Below are positions 13,563 through 26,600 of a DNA stretch of 64,000 bases, in pieces. Made by a program: the position numbers and the translations under genes. The stretch spans positions 62,001 through 126,000 of the forward strand of contig NOWV01000195.1 of the NCBI GenBank assembly GCA_003344405.1, given 5' to 3'. This DNA is from Trichoplax sp. H2 (Eukaryota). The stretch's first letter is position 1. Every line of letters begins with the position of its first letter. The notes beneath the pieces are model-generated. The model ran no database searches. It was not told the origin of the DNA and saw nothing but the letters and a program-made list of their open reading frames with translations.

Positions 13563-14551
13563 TTTGAGAGAGATCCTCATTGCAATTAGATAAAAGTCTC
13601 TTTTAAGTTTTTGAGGTTGAAATCTCACAGGGGTAGTCATAACGTGCTTTAAAAGGTTAGATTAAAATTAATTTTTAGAAATGAGGTGCTATATCAATGA
13701 CTGCCTCTTTCAGGAGTACCGTGCTAACCGGTATCATCGTCTGAAAAAACGTTAAAAAACAGTCAAGCTTTTACTCAGTGTCACGGTACGCCGTTACTAA
13801 TTAAGTAACTGTAAATTAATGAATGCTTATGAATAGATAAGATAAGGTTATGTGCTATGTTTTAATGCGCTTGTAGCTGATAATAGGATGGTAGAAATGA
13901 GATAAAAATAGAAGTTGTTAGCAGTTAATTTACTGTAGGTTTATAAGGTATGTTAATCTCTAAAAATTGAGCTGTATATGGATGAAGGTTAAGCGTCTTA
14001 ACACCTGATAGCTTGTAGCTATCTAAGTCTGAGAATATCGACATGTATATTTAGTAATGGTATTATACTAATTAATGTAACTTGTAAAGCATGAATTCTC
14101 ACTCGTTAATATTGGAATTCACTGTAGAAACCTATTTAAGCGCGTGTGTTTGTAGAATAAAGAAAGTAATTGCTCAAGAAACGGCAAGACTCATATCGTG
14201 AAGAATAGTGTAATAATTAGTCAGTTGTCTGTGGAGATCAGCCGAGAAATCGAGTTCTCAAATACTTCTCTCATAGAAACTGACAGTACTGGGAGAAATA
14301 GCCCAAGTTTTAAGNNNNNNNNNNNNNNNNNNNNTTTGAGAGAGATCCTCATTGCAATTAGATAAAAGTCTCTTTTAAGTTTTTGAGGTTGAAATCTCAC
14401 AGGGGTAGTCATAACGTGCTTTAAAAGGTTAGATTAAAATTAATTTATAGAAACGAGGTGCTCTATCAATGACTGCCTCTTTCAGGAGTACCGTGCTAAC
14501 CGGTATCATCGTCTGAAAAAAACGTTAAAAAACAGTCAAGCTTTTACTCAG
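13563..14551. repeat. Allelic duplication around gap 14315-14334 (13563-13778 vs 14335-14551)
   Basis: TTTGAGAGAGATCCTC...TTTTACTCAG present twice with a few SNPs/indels. Confidence 0.85.
13779..14314 (+). mobile_element. LTR-like element, family A, copy 1 (truncated by gap; present on one allele only)
   Basis: Starts TGTCACGGTACG directly after ..TTTTACTCAG. The repeated flank after the gap (14335-14551) continues ..TTTTACTCAG|GTATAT without it. TATA-like TATTTAAG (~14133) is followed by AATAAA (~14156). Near-identical inverted copy at 33706-34229. Confidence 0.75.
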
Positions 14552-15337
14552 GTATATATATCTTAAGGACAAAATCATTCTTAGGAATGGCCGTAACATA
14601 TATATACATGGCTAGTCCAATTCATATCCTGGCATATAATTAAAGCACGTCATATAATTAATACACAATTTGTTGATTCCAATTTAAATCTTTTCAGATA
14701 CCCAGGATGCTATTTTCGTATTGATAGATAATTTGACATTCATAAAGCAGCAAGCCAAATAATACTGATAACTACCAAGAAATGCGATTATAAATCAGCG
14801 ATCATTAATATTCTAAAATTGATACACTTCAAAGAGACCATATAAAAGTACTTGTTCTATATTAAGTTGATCAATTTGAGAGTCCATTCTCCTGAGTACA
14901 CAATAGTGACAGGTGTAGCACAATATTAACTGTTATCACAATTTTCCATTAATAGCGGCCTGGTAATTTCCTCCCAAGTAGTCATTGCAAAAGCTGCATT
15001 TCTAAAGGTTCTTTAATCTCCTGTGATGATAAAGTAACTTGAGTCATATTCACATGCCTTTGACACTAGAGATTAAGGTTAACCCTTGATCACAAACCAA
15101 TTATTATTTTAATTTTATTAACAATATCTCATCGATTTAGAAAAGAGTATTGTTGACACAAGCGACTTAAATTAAAGAATTTAATTTAATTCTATTGTTA
15201 TCCCGTTATTAATACTGTTGCATAATGTATTAATTATATTTATGTTAATAAACTTCTTTCCTAGCAATCATTTCTGACCTCGCCGCGGAATTTATCCACT
15301 GAAGGATCTATCCAAGCACGAAAATATAATTCTAAAA

Positions 15338-18300
15338 ATGAAGATCAAAGCCATATTATTCATCATTTTGGTAGTATACCCCTCAGCAGGTATTCCTTTT
15401 GGAAGATAGGTTGTGCTGATACTTATTAATTCCTATTCAACTCACTAATCAGCCGTTACTTGTTTAAATGTACATCGCCAAATTGATCGCTGAACCGAAA
15501 TCGATCAATTTTTTATTAATATCGACAATTATGGACCTAGCGATAAAGTCGTAGGATATTGAAGTATATCAATATCGAACTTTTATTACCTTACCCTACT
15601 TTTACTTTATCAGATAATACATTTCCGAAATTTTAATATCAACAGATGGTCCTTAAAACTCCTTCCACTATTCTCTCAATAGGATCCTCGAACTTTTATC
15701 TTTCATAAAAATCCGATTTTTAGATCTAAAGAGAAAAATTACTAGAATGAGCGATAAAGTTTAATTCTGGCTGTAAAGTACCAGTACAAAAAAAATCGAA
15801 TATGAGCCCTGTCAATTTTAAATATCATAGTGCACAAGTAAATGCTATAATTTTTTCCCTGAATATCGCTGGGATAGCCTGCAAATGTGAACTCCGCTAG
15901 TCATTGTAAAACCTATAGAGATTTACAGTTACAGTTTGTCTCTAAATAATCTAATCAGCATCAGATAGCCGCCCAGAAAACTAAAATATCGATAGAACTA
16001 ATTATCATTAGCCAGCAAACCTTGCTAAAGTTAATTATTTAAGCGAAATTGTTGAATCGACGTAGTTCCACTTAATCGTTTCAATATACTTTAGCCATTC
16101 GTATCGCATTATATCGCCAATAAAATTTTTCTCTGCTTTATTTTATGTAGAGAGTAAATTTCTGCACTACCCTCTATAGTTCATTTTCTTCAACAAGATT
16201 GATGCATTGTTTAGACTTCTTGCTAACTAGATAATATCTTTCATTTAATAACGATGCATAGTGTTCCTACAATGTCTACCTAACTGTACATGTCCTAGCA
16301 AAGCAACCATTATTTGCAAGGGATCTCAGATAGGTCAAATACCAATGCCTAACACATCCATGTCGCAAGTCACTACCTTGTATGTAAAAACTCTTCTGTT
16401 TCGTTACAGCGCACTACATCAGACTCTAATGTATATCTAGAAATAATATAATCAAAGTTATTTTTTTGGATATTAGTACATTGCAAAACACAGCAATTAA
16501 ATCTGTGCCAGCCTCTGCTTTCATTAATTTTCCCAATGTCGCCCACATGTAAGTAGAAATAATCTTGCGACATTATCAGTTTGTTAAAGATAGAGCTTAT
16601 AATATGAGCAAAATAAGATTATCGCAATTATTTTAAATGCAATTTACAATCTTTAGAGTTAGTTACAGCAATTTATTTTATCAATACCATTCTAAACATT
16701 TTATAAAATTATATAAAATTGCTTTATCGATTACCTTGGCAAATATCATGTTTGTGGGATTGACCTGATTGTTGGGCAGAAATATGAAGGGTAATGCTAT
16801 CAATACTATTGCAGTTGGAGCCTTTAGCGGACTATCTGCCGTTTCATCTATGTAAGATATTCTACCTTTTAATTTCATGCTACTTTACGACGAGGTAAAA
16901 CTGTTTCTTTCTATAAAAGGATTAAAAATCTAATGATGCTCTTAAATATAACGTTTTCTAGAGATTTAACTCATAATCAACTCTTAGTTTTGAAGAATAA
17001 CACGTTTAAGACTCTCAATCATCTTACTGAATTGTAAGCTCTATTTGCATTTCATTCTAATGATATACAGTACTTATCTTTTTCTAATGTATAATATGAA
17101 CGTGACCGACTTCGCATACGGTCACGTTCATATATATACTGACTTTCATAAGCTACCAATATATATTTAAATCGATCATTTACCCAAATTAGGATTTTGA
17201 CTTCCAATCAAATTTCCAGCGTTGAAAACAACGCATTTGCTGGACTAGCTGCTTTAACTAATCTGTAGGTTTTTATACTTGATTTCTTTTAATTCAAAAT
17301 TACAGCATAAACTAATCTACCATATATTATATCTTTACGTTACTTGAAGAACTCATGTATTACAGTAATTCTTCATGGTGCCATATTTATTTAGCTAAAG
17401 CTTACGGTAACTTACCGAGCATGGATTACTAACGCAGAAAACTATAGTCAATTTATCGAGTAAATTAAATAGCAGAAGTTAACACAGGCAATAGATGTAT
17501 AACTATAGTACATTAGTATTAGAATTTTAATTTCTAGCTAAGGCGTTAACATCAACAATTTGAATTGTATATTAGTTCCTTTTCTTAGTGTCGTATTTTT
17601 AGCGCTTATAAGGTAGGTAAGCATACTTGGATTACAATCTTTAGTTGTAGTATTGATTTAAATAATGAAATTTTCAAAATTCGAACTACTGTTCCGATGC
17701 CGCTGGCAAATAGTTGAAATTAACACCTGAGATTATGCTATGCTATTTAATTTAATAAGTCGAACGTTATAGTAGTGTAATGGTTATTCTGTTTTGTATT
17801 AACTTTTCGAGGCGACTAGATGATAATAAACTGAAGACTGTACCGAAAATTCCTTTGAAATCCTTACCAAGTCTTACCAATTTGTAATTATTGAGCAATC
17901 ATCTTTATAGTTATCGAACTTATCAATTATTAACGAAATGTTTAAGATGATCATTTTCATTAGAGTTACCCTACATTAAAATATGGGAAAATACTCGTAT
18001 AGAATTTTATCTGATATTCAGAATAGCTATATTTTATATTTAAAAAGTTAAGATTATCATTTAAAACTTACCGGTACTTAATTTAAAAGTATGTATTATT
18101 AATCTGCCAACATTTTCACTGATGCAGTTCCTGTTATGAATCGTCTCCAGTTTACGAAAGTATATAACACAAAATGCAATCCAAATTTTCGCCAGTGACT
18201 TTACTATAATTCGTTTAACCCAATCTCTTCTTTCAGCAAGTCTTTAAAGTGATCTACTCTCGTAGATCGAAACTTTATCGTAAATATCGCTCCTTCCAGA

Positions 18301-21300
18301 TTAGTTTATCTAGCGTCTTTGCAAGGTTAAAGTACCTTTTCAGCTATCTCAAAGATATCGTGTAATACTCCTATCTTATATAGAAGGAATAATCATAGCT
18401 ATAGCAAATTACGATAGATAACCATACTCTCTAGCTAAGTGTAATCAGTTTATGATATCGCTGCTAAGTCACTTTTTCGGAAGAATTTATGAATCATGAA
18501 TTTAAAACCCTTAAATCTCAAACCAATACATTTTTTCCATCAATTTAAAATCGCTTTAAGAACATAAAATTAAATGTGATGGCTAAGGTATGAATACGTT
18601 AGCAATTATATTGTATTATAAATTTGCTAATACTGCTATAAAACATTTTTAGGAATTTAGCTGGAAATTCATTATCCGCCCTCACACCTGGAAATTTTCA
18701 GCTTCCAAAAGTCACTACTCTGTAAAGTTTTCTAATTTTTTTCTAAAAAAATTCAATGCACCTTGCAAGGAATAGGACTTTCAAATAATAAATCATTTAG
18801 ATACTCTAAAAAATTGTTATTGCTTTAATTATATTTAAATCTTGGCCCTGAGTAAAATATTTTTATACTCAATTCGGCTAGCATCTTATCCAATAATGCC
18901 ATCGCCAGCATTGCAGATGACACATTTAACGCTATGTCAATGCTTCAGATTTTGTAAGCATCCTAATTGTATTCATGTGATAAATTTTGGCATGAAATTT
19001 TACTAACTTTCGAAGCCTGATGTGTTAATAATGTATAATGTATATGCATGGTTAATCCATATAATTTTTTGCCTCTAAATTTAGACAGCACATACTAAGA
19101 GAATATTTTAAATTAATAACGTTGTCAAATTTAGGCAATTAGACAAAAACCAAATCCGTGCTCTACACGATAGAGCATTCACATCCATACCAAAATTACA
19201 AAAATTGTAAGAAATAGATTTATGAACTGTATTTAATTTTGTATATCATCGCTGTAATTAATTTCTTAACTTTAAAATCTTAAGTACACATTTTCAAATA
19301 TCAAGTGATTTTCTCGCCACTTATTCTGTTCTAAATCAATCATTTTAAAACTCTCAAAGCACTAAACCGAGTAATCCTGCATTTTAAATTGTATTAATTA
19401 AATCTAGAAATTTAAAGAATAACGTGATTACTACACTATCATCCGGATGCTTCAAGCCCATCAATCAGCTGAATTACCTGTGAGTTATGCTAAAATAGAA
19501 GCACAAAGCATACTGATATTAATTTAATCGATTGATAATAAAAAACTTACATAATTTAAAATATTAATTAATCAATGAACTATCAATTAATACTATTGTA
19601 TTTTTCTTTTTTCAAATTGTTAAGAAATCTGAACCAGAACGCTTTAACAGCAATTACCTCTACGACTTTTTCTGCTCTAACTCAACTAACAGACTTGTAA
19701 GACTGAATTTAGATGCGTACGCACTTTCGTTAGCCTAAACAGTCAAAATTTTAAAGATTACAACCCAATTAGTTACTATAGCTTACTCTTTGAGCTATCT
19801 ACATTTAGCTATTCTACTTTTATAATATTTGTTGGACAGGATTATGGCGGCCAATCATATATCTTCGGTAGCTCCTGGAAGCTTTCAAGCATTGACCAAG
19901 CTACGAAATCTGTAAATTATTGTAACAGAATCTTTACAGTCAATTAGTATTTTTAATTAACTTCGTACATTTACTAATAGCTGCAGCGTTCATAATAACG
20001 CCAATATACGGATACGTTTTATTCGGATGAGGACCGTAACTTTTCTTCGTATATTCCCATATAGATTTCTAGACGGAAATCGATTAGAATATTTATGCAG
20101 CAATACGCTTAAAAACGTTAACAATCTGGTGTACTTGTAAGTATTACTGGTCGAGAATTGATTATTTCAGTTCAAAAAGAACAAAATTTAAAGATTGACC
20201 AGCAATAAATTATTATTTTTAAGGCAGGCGTATTCAGATGTATTAAATAGATATATCTTCAGAAGTAGGATAGTGCAGTAGCTATAAACCATCTTCTCTT
20301 TCTGCCAGTTTTAGTGCTGTTGTATCATTGTGATAAAATCCAATCCTAAAAACCCCAAAGTTGTAAATAATTAGAACTTTATCAGATCTAATACAAAGAC
20401 TAGCTACAAACAGCTCTACTCTAGCCGAATACAACTACAGAAAGACTTCTAGAAAGAACAATCAGATAATCTAATGTCTTCTGCTTTTATGCTCTCCGAA
20501 GCTTTCGCAGTTACTTTCAGCATTGCAGCATTCTATCATATTTTACACATATTCAACTTATTATTAGTCACAATGTTAAATAGTGAACCATCATTAATTC
20601 AATATAGAAATGATGACATAATTTTCGTAGATATTATTCCTACCTCTTAAAGTACAATGAACTAAGCGTATCATAACATATGATTTACAATTCTATTTCT
20701 ACCTCTAACCTTATTAGTAGCTCAACACCTTACTTTATTTAGTCATCTGTACTCTAGCATAGAGTCTATCCTTACTGTCGATAATTATGGGCTACTAAAT
20801 ATATCATAAGATAAATATAGAAAAGACACTACCGTATATCATACTAAGATGGCTAATAGTCTACAATCATAATACTAAGTTACTTTACAATCATTTACAT
20901 AGTATATATCTGCATTCTATTATTCAGCTATAAAATAACGTTCATGATGAAAATTAATTATGATCATTGCTATAAGGGGTCTATCTGCAAATGGTCTGTT
21001 AGCGATTGCTGATAATGCCTTTAGCAGCCAGGGAAAAGTAACTGATTTGTAAGTCAATAGAAGCCTTATGTTTTATAATAAAATTACATGATTCCTAGTA
21101 ATTTGATAATGCAGTATTATATTTACTTTGATTGCTGAAATGGCTGATTAAATTGATTACATTTAGTGAGTGTACTTTACGAGATGAGGAATTTTGCTCA
21201 AGATATGAAACAGATTTTAAATTAATGTCATAAGTGCAAATAATTACGAATAGATTGCTTGACTTCAATCAACTCACTGCTATTGGTGATAAGACTTTTG

Positions 21301-22050
21301 CGGGCTTGAAAAATCTTTTAGACTTGTAAGTTTAAATCTACATCATGTACTTCAATCCTAGAATAAATTGAAAATGTAGATATTTTTTATCTTTAGAAAA
21401 TATTTAATGATCTAGAAAATTCATCTTTGAAACATATACGGGTAAGCTATTAATTCCATACTATTATTTTTGCAGAAATATTCAAAGTAACAAGTTATCC
21501 TGTGTCTCGGCAAATGCATACGCCAGCACACCTAAGTTAAAGAGGGTGTAAGTCTCTAGATTCAAATTTATTAGAGCAGTAAAAGAGAAATAACCCTAAC
21601 TGGTAACATTATATAATAGGATAACTACTTCTGCAATTGCATGCTGTAATAAACCATCTACAGTAGTATGCTTGATGCCACGTGCAGGATGTTCTAATCA
21701 AACCAGTACAATAACATGTACTAATGTACTACCTCAAATACCGTCTGGTAAATGCTCGATGAGGTCAGACACACGCTCTATTATTATAAAATATTATGAT
21801 CGCACTATAAATCTTATCATTAGTAGAATTTAGAACAGTATCGAATATTTATAGCGAATAAAAATAACGGAGTGCTAACATGAAATATTTTCAATATTGT
21901 AGCAATCCAACTAGTAATCCTACTAGTGGGCCAAATACTAAGGCACCCACTCCCTCTCAGATAACTGGGGCTGCAAATACTATAAGAGCTTGGACGAACC
22001 AACTAACCTTATTTATATGTTTGGTCGTTATGTTAACTTTATGGGCATAA
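15338..22050 (+). CDS. LRR cell-surface protein paralog 2 (15 LRR exons, GPI-type tail), ~512 aa
   Basis: Exons 15338-15389 (MKIKAILFIILVVYPSA), 16262-16379 (QCLPNCTCPSKATIIC). LRR exons start at 16477, 16780, 16962, 17193, 17812, 18653 (69), 18882, 19135, 19408, 19625, 19840, 20065, 20977, 21254, 21476. Cap 21620-21763 (ITTSAIACCNKPSTVVC...). Last exon 21903-22050 (..PSQITGAANTIRAWTNQLTLFICLVVMLTLWA*). Total 1539 nt. Confidence 0.9.
17094..17133. other. Perfect 15-bp inverted repeat (10-nt loop) in an intron of paralog 2
   Basis: ATATGAACGTGACCG-ACTTCGCATA-CGGTCACGTTCATAT. Confidence 0.85.
20329..20572 (-). mobile_element. Short diverged element, family B (TGTGA...TCACA), intron of paralog 2
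   Basis: Termini TGTGAT / GTCACA; clear homology to 9022-9210; no clean target-site duplication. Confidence 0.55.
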
Positions 22051-23699
22051 TAGGAATTTATTAGAACATAGCAAGCTCATTAGATGCACTGAAGAAAATG
22101 AGGAAGTTATTTTAATTTAGGCTAGGATAACTGATCAGATAATTCAAGTACAAAATTAGGAAATCTAAGTAACGAAAATAGATGTTAATTAAAGTTAGTT
22201 AGGAAATCTTATATTAGTAGACAGATCTAATCTTGATGATTATGATCATGTTATCGACCAACCATGTATAAGAAAATATTATCAGCTACTCTTATGCCCA
22301 CACCAGAGAATAGATTATTATAGAAAGTACATTAGTCTCAGAAGTACCTGATGCTGTACGAATTATTCTCCGTTAATACTGGATACGCAATAATTTGCAA
22401 TAAAAAGCTATTATTTTTATAGATGCTTCAACTAGATTTGATTTCTAATATGTTAGGTACAGTTAAGCTATGAGGAAATGTACCGTCATTTCTAATAATT
22501 ATATTTTCTCTGCATCTTCTTGTAAAACCTTGGCATCGATGGTAAATAAATTTAAGTGCTTGCTTAATGCTTAGTAATAGAATTGTAATAGAGTGACTTA
22601 AAAGTGTCATGGTGAATACTACGCCACATTTTAGATTTAATTAAAATTAAAAATCAAGATAGTATTCTTCAATCTTGCTGGCGAAAAGATGTATGAAGCT
22701 GATATAAACTGAGATGCATTCAAATATTAAAATCTTCTTAACATATTATGACTTATAATCCATCTATGGGAATTTATGCACCTAGCATTAGCCTAAATGG
22801 AGCTTTTACCGCCCATTGATTTTTGTATGTCATTAAAAGGAAATTATAGTAGGATAGAGCTAATTTGTACGACAGGCAGAGCATTATCAATGGGACAGTA
22901 AAGATGATTTGTAATTCATGAGATAATCACAATAAACCGCTTGATCATTGACTAATTTCGTTATAATGATAATGTATTGAGCAAAGGAGGCCATCCGGCA
23001 ATAAAATCCTTGCAGTAACAGAAGAATTACAGTTGCAATAGGTATTATTCTAGTTACAGTAAGATTGTATGGTTTAGATATGTATACTAAATAACTGATA
23101 ACTGTATAAGAGGTTAAAAACAGACGATTCGGTGATGAATATTTTATACGAGCACATTATTTAGATACGCATTTCAATTATCTATAAATAAATTCTCTAC
23201 CTACCGCATTATTAGACTACCTACGTCATTTATTGTGGTTGAAGTTAACAATTACCAGTTATTTTTAGGGGTCATTAATATTCTCTGTACTAAGCGGTAT
23301 GCTATTATAAAATCTTTACAAGTACTTGGAATAATTAGCATTATCTAAATGTAAATTTTTCTATAGATAATTACATTAATATGTCAATATGTCAAGAGGG
23401 ATGATATCAAACAAATGAAATTCTATATCGAATAACAAACCAATTAAGCAATTTAATTTCCGCCTTTTAAATAGTTAGGCAATTTAGATTCAGTTAATTA
23501 ATATAAGTTAACTACCTGTAACACCACTATGTATTGAGATTGTAGACTATTAGCCTTGTTTAGTATGATGTGCGATAGCATGACTTTTTGTATTTACCTT
23601 AAGAAATATTTAGTTACTTATGACCATAGACTGTAGTGGGAAATCAGTAATATATCACTCTACCATAGCTCGCTTCAGTTGCTTAAATATTCCTTCAAA

Positions 23700-26600
23700 A
23701 TGAAAACTGTCCAGTTAGTGATTCTACTAATTTTTTTCCAAGCTCAAACAGGTAGCACAATCTTTGCAAAACTAGATAATAACTTTAAAATCATCAACAG
23801 AGTTTTAACCTAAAAGTAGTATGACATACGAATAATATGCTTAATGAGACCTAGTAAAACTAATTAAAGAATTACCGCACCGTATGATTCAGATCAGAAA
23901 GAAAGAAAAGAAAAAATGTGGGAATAACTTGATCAGAATACATTAGTAATTTAGGGAAATGTGAATAAACTAGACTATTAAATTTTAATTTGTTGTTATA
24001 ATTAATTTATTTGCTGATAGCTGGCGTAGAAGTTCAAATCAGAAGGATACAGTACTTTACCTAGCCAAATAGAATAATTTTTCTTCTAAGTTAGCCATGA
24101 CTATTATACGGATAGCAAGACAAGTCGCAATCCTTTCATTGCTCAAAAGTATTTATTTGGTTTGTGGAAGCACCTCAGCAGTAATTCGAACGGTAACATT
24201 GCAGTGATTAAATCAGTAGCATTTGAAATCTAAGGTTAATTTATGCATTATTATACTATGAAATGTTCTAACTTGAAACTTTATTAAATTCAAATCGTGC
24301 TAAAATATAAATCTCAATGCATTCCTTTAACTTATTAACGAAAGTAGGAAATTTTAATCTATTCCGCACTCTTACTCGTACATCAAAATGATGCGTTTGA
24401 AATGACTTCCCTGTTCACTACTATATTCTTCATTAAGCTTTTAAGAACATTTTGATGCATCAATTATTTCAAGAAACATAAATCTCAATGGATTCCTTTA
24501 ATGCATTAACGATATCAGGACGTTTAAATCTATTACGAGCTTAAGTATCAAAAAGACATCTTTGGAATGTCTTTTTTATTCACTTCCTCATTCTTCGTTA
24601 AACTTTTAAAAACATTTTGAGCGATCCCTTCATTCTTGCTCAACTAATAGTTTAAAACATTTTAAAGCAAATAAACCTATAAGTTTCCCAAAATTAGCAT
24701 AGATAGACAGAGATGTAGTTATACCCCTTGAAAATTTAGTCAAAATGTACCATAATCGCGCAGTTTCAAATCGAAATAATCTTACTTTTCCTTCAATTAC
24801 AGCAATTTACCAAATTCTTCTTCCTCTATCATTAACTGATTTATTCAATTAGGGAATTACATAACTATAGATCAATATAGTGTAATCTTGACGGAATCTA
24901 ATAGAGATCCAGTCTGCCTATTATTGACCTACTCTAATTTCTTAAACATTAGTGATGAAGATTTTGTAAGATTTATCACTGCCTATTTTATTATCAAGGA
25001 CAGAAACAGATTAAATACCACTATAAAGTCGCCTTCGTATCTCGCATCTAAATTTTGGAACATTTGAAAGAGATTCAGTACAAAAACATAAATTTTAGTA
25101 ATTTCTGCTTTGCAAGATCATATATGCTACATATAGTCAAATTTGTTTCAATAAAGCCGAATGATTATCGCTAATTAACGAACAAATATCAAGAGCATTC
25201 TATTAGATAATTACTAATTATTGCAGGCCAGGAGCCTAAGAACAAAACCTAAAATATCCTACATCAAAACATAACAGTGTGATTATGTCATTGCTGTATC
25301 CATTTATTAACATCAAAAGTTCAAAATTAAGAAATAATCATACATGTTATGGAGAATTATATTTCGGTACAGTACTTTCGCGGTCTTAATGGTATCGTAA
25401 AAAGTACTTTGATCAAATAACATAACTTAGTAACCATATTGATAGCCTAAAATTAATGACAACTTCTAAATTGTAAATAAATTAGTTAAGTAGCTAATTG
25501 CATTTTTTAATTAACAATTATTTCTCCTATTCTACATTGCAGTACTTTCTCAGTGTCCTAAAAAATGCAAGTGTATCTTTGGCCAAGTATCTTGCTCCGG
25601 GGAAGGAATATCAATACCAAAGCCAGCATCACCGAATTTAGATATTCAGCAAATGTAAATGAATATGAAGCTTAAGCGAAGATTTTTCATTTTAGTGCCT
25701 TTAGTTTGTCTTATCCAGATAAATTGATATGAGCGAGCCTATGATACATTACCATACAATTAAATATTGAGAATGTGAGATTAAGCTGAACGTAGAGAAT
25801 TTAGGAACTTTGCCGAAATAATATTTTATTTCAATTTAATCATTGTTTAAATTTTATATTTAAGTTCGGTATCAATGGTTGGATTAAAAACACTTTCAGC
25901 TAATAGCTTCATTAACTTTCCAAACCTTTTACATATGTGAGTCTTCAATTAGATGATCATATATTAATGTTTTTTGTAATTTAAATTGCTGTGAGGTATA
26001 CTCAAACATTGCTATTAATTAGCAGCTTAAATGCGTTTATACCCAAGGTAAATTAGAAATATTTTAACATCAATTTCCTGGTCTCAATCACTCTATTTAG
26101 AACGTTAAAAGACAATACCATCAATAATATTGAAATAGGAGCATTTAATGGTACGAACAACCTGATTTCACTGTAAGAGCATTAAAAGTATCTATTAAAT
26201 TTTACTGAAACAAAGACAAACAATGTTACAATATTAAATAATTAATTTTCAGTGTATCTTCGATAATAAAGGTTGGCTGATACCATTAATTTATCAACTT
26301 CTAACACTAGATTTACAAAAACTTTTATATTTGCTATTATTGCAGAGATCTATCAGGTAACCGTTTGATAACACTAGGAAATAAGATTTTCGAAAATCTA
26401 AATCAACTTACAGAACTGTAAGTAAATTGTGTATAATTACAATATATATTTCATCATGGAAAAATTTTCCTAATCCACCCACTATATCAACTAAATACAA
26501 TATCGCTGATTGTCATCAAATTTAAATAACGATCGTAAATTTCCATCTGAAACAGGAACTTGAAGCATAACAGAATTTCAACAGTAGGCGATTATGCCTT

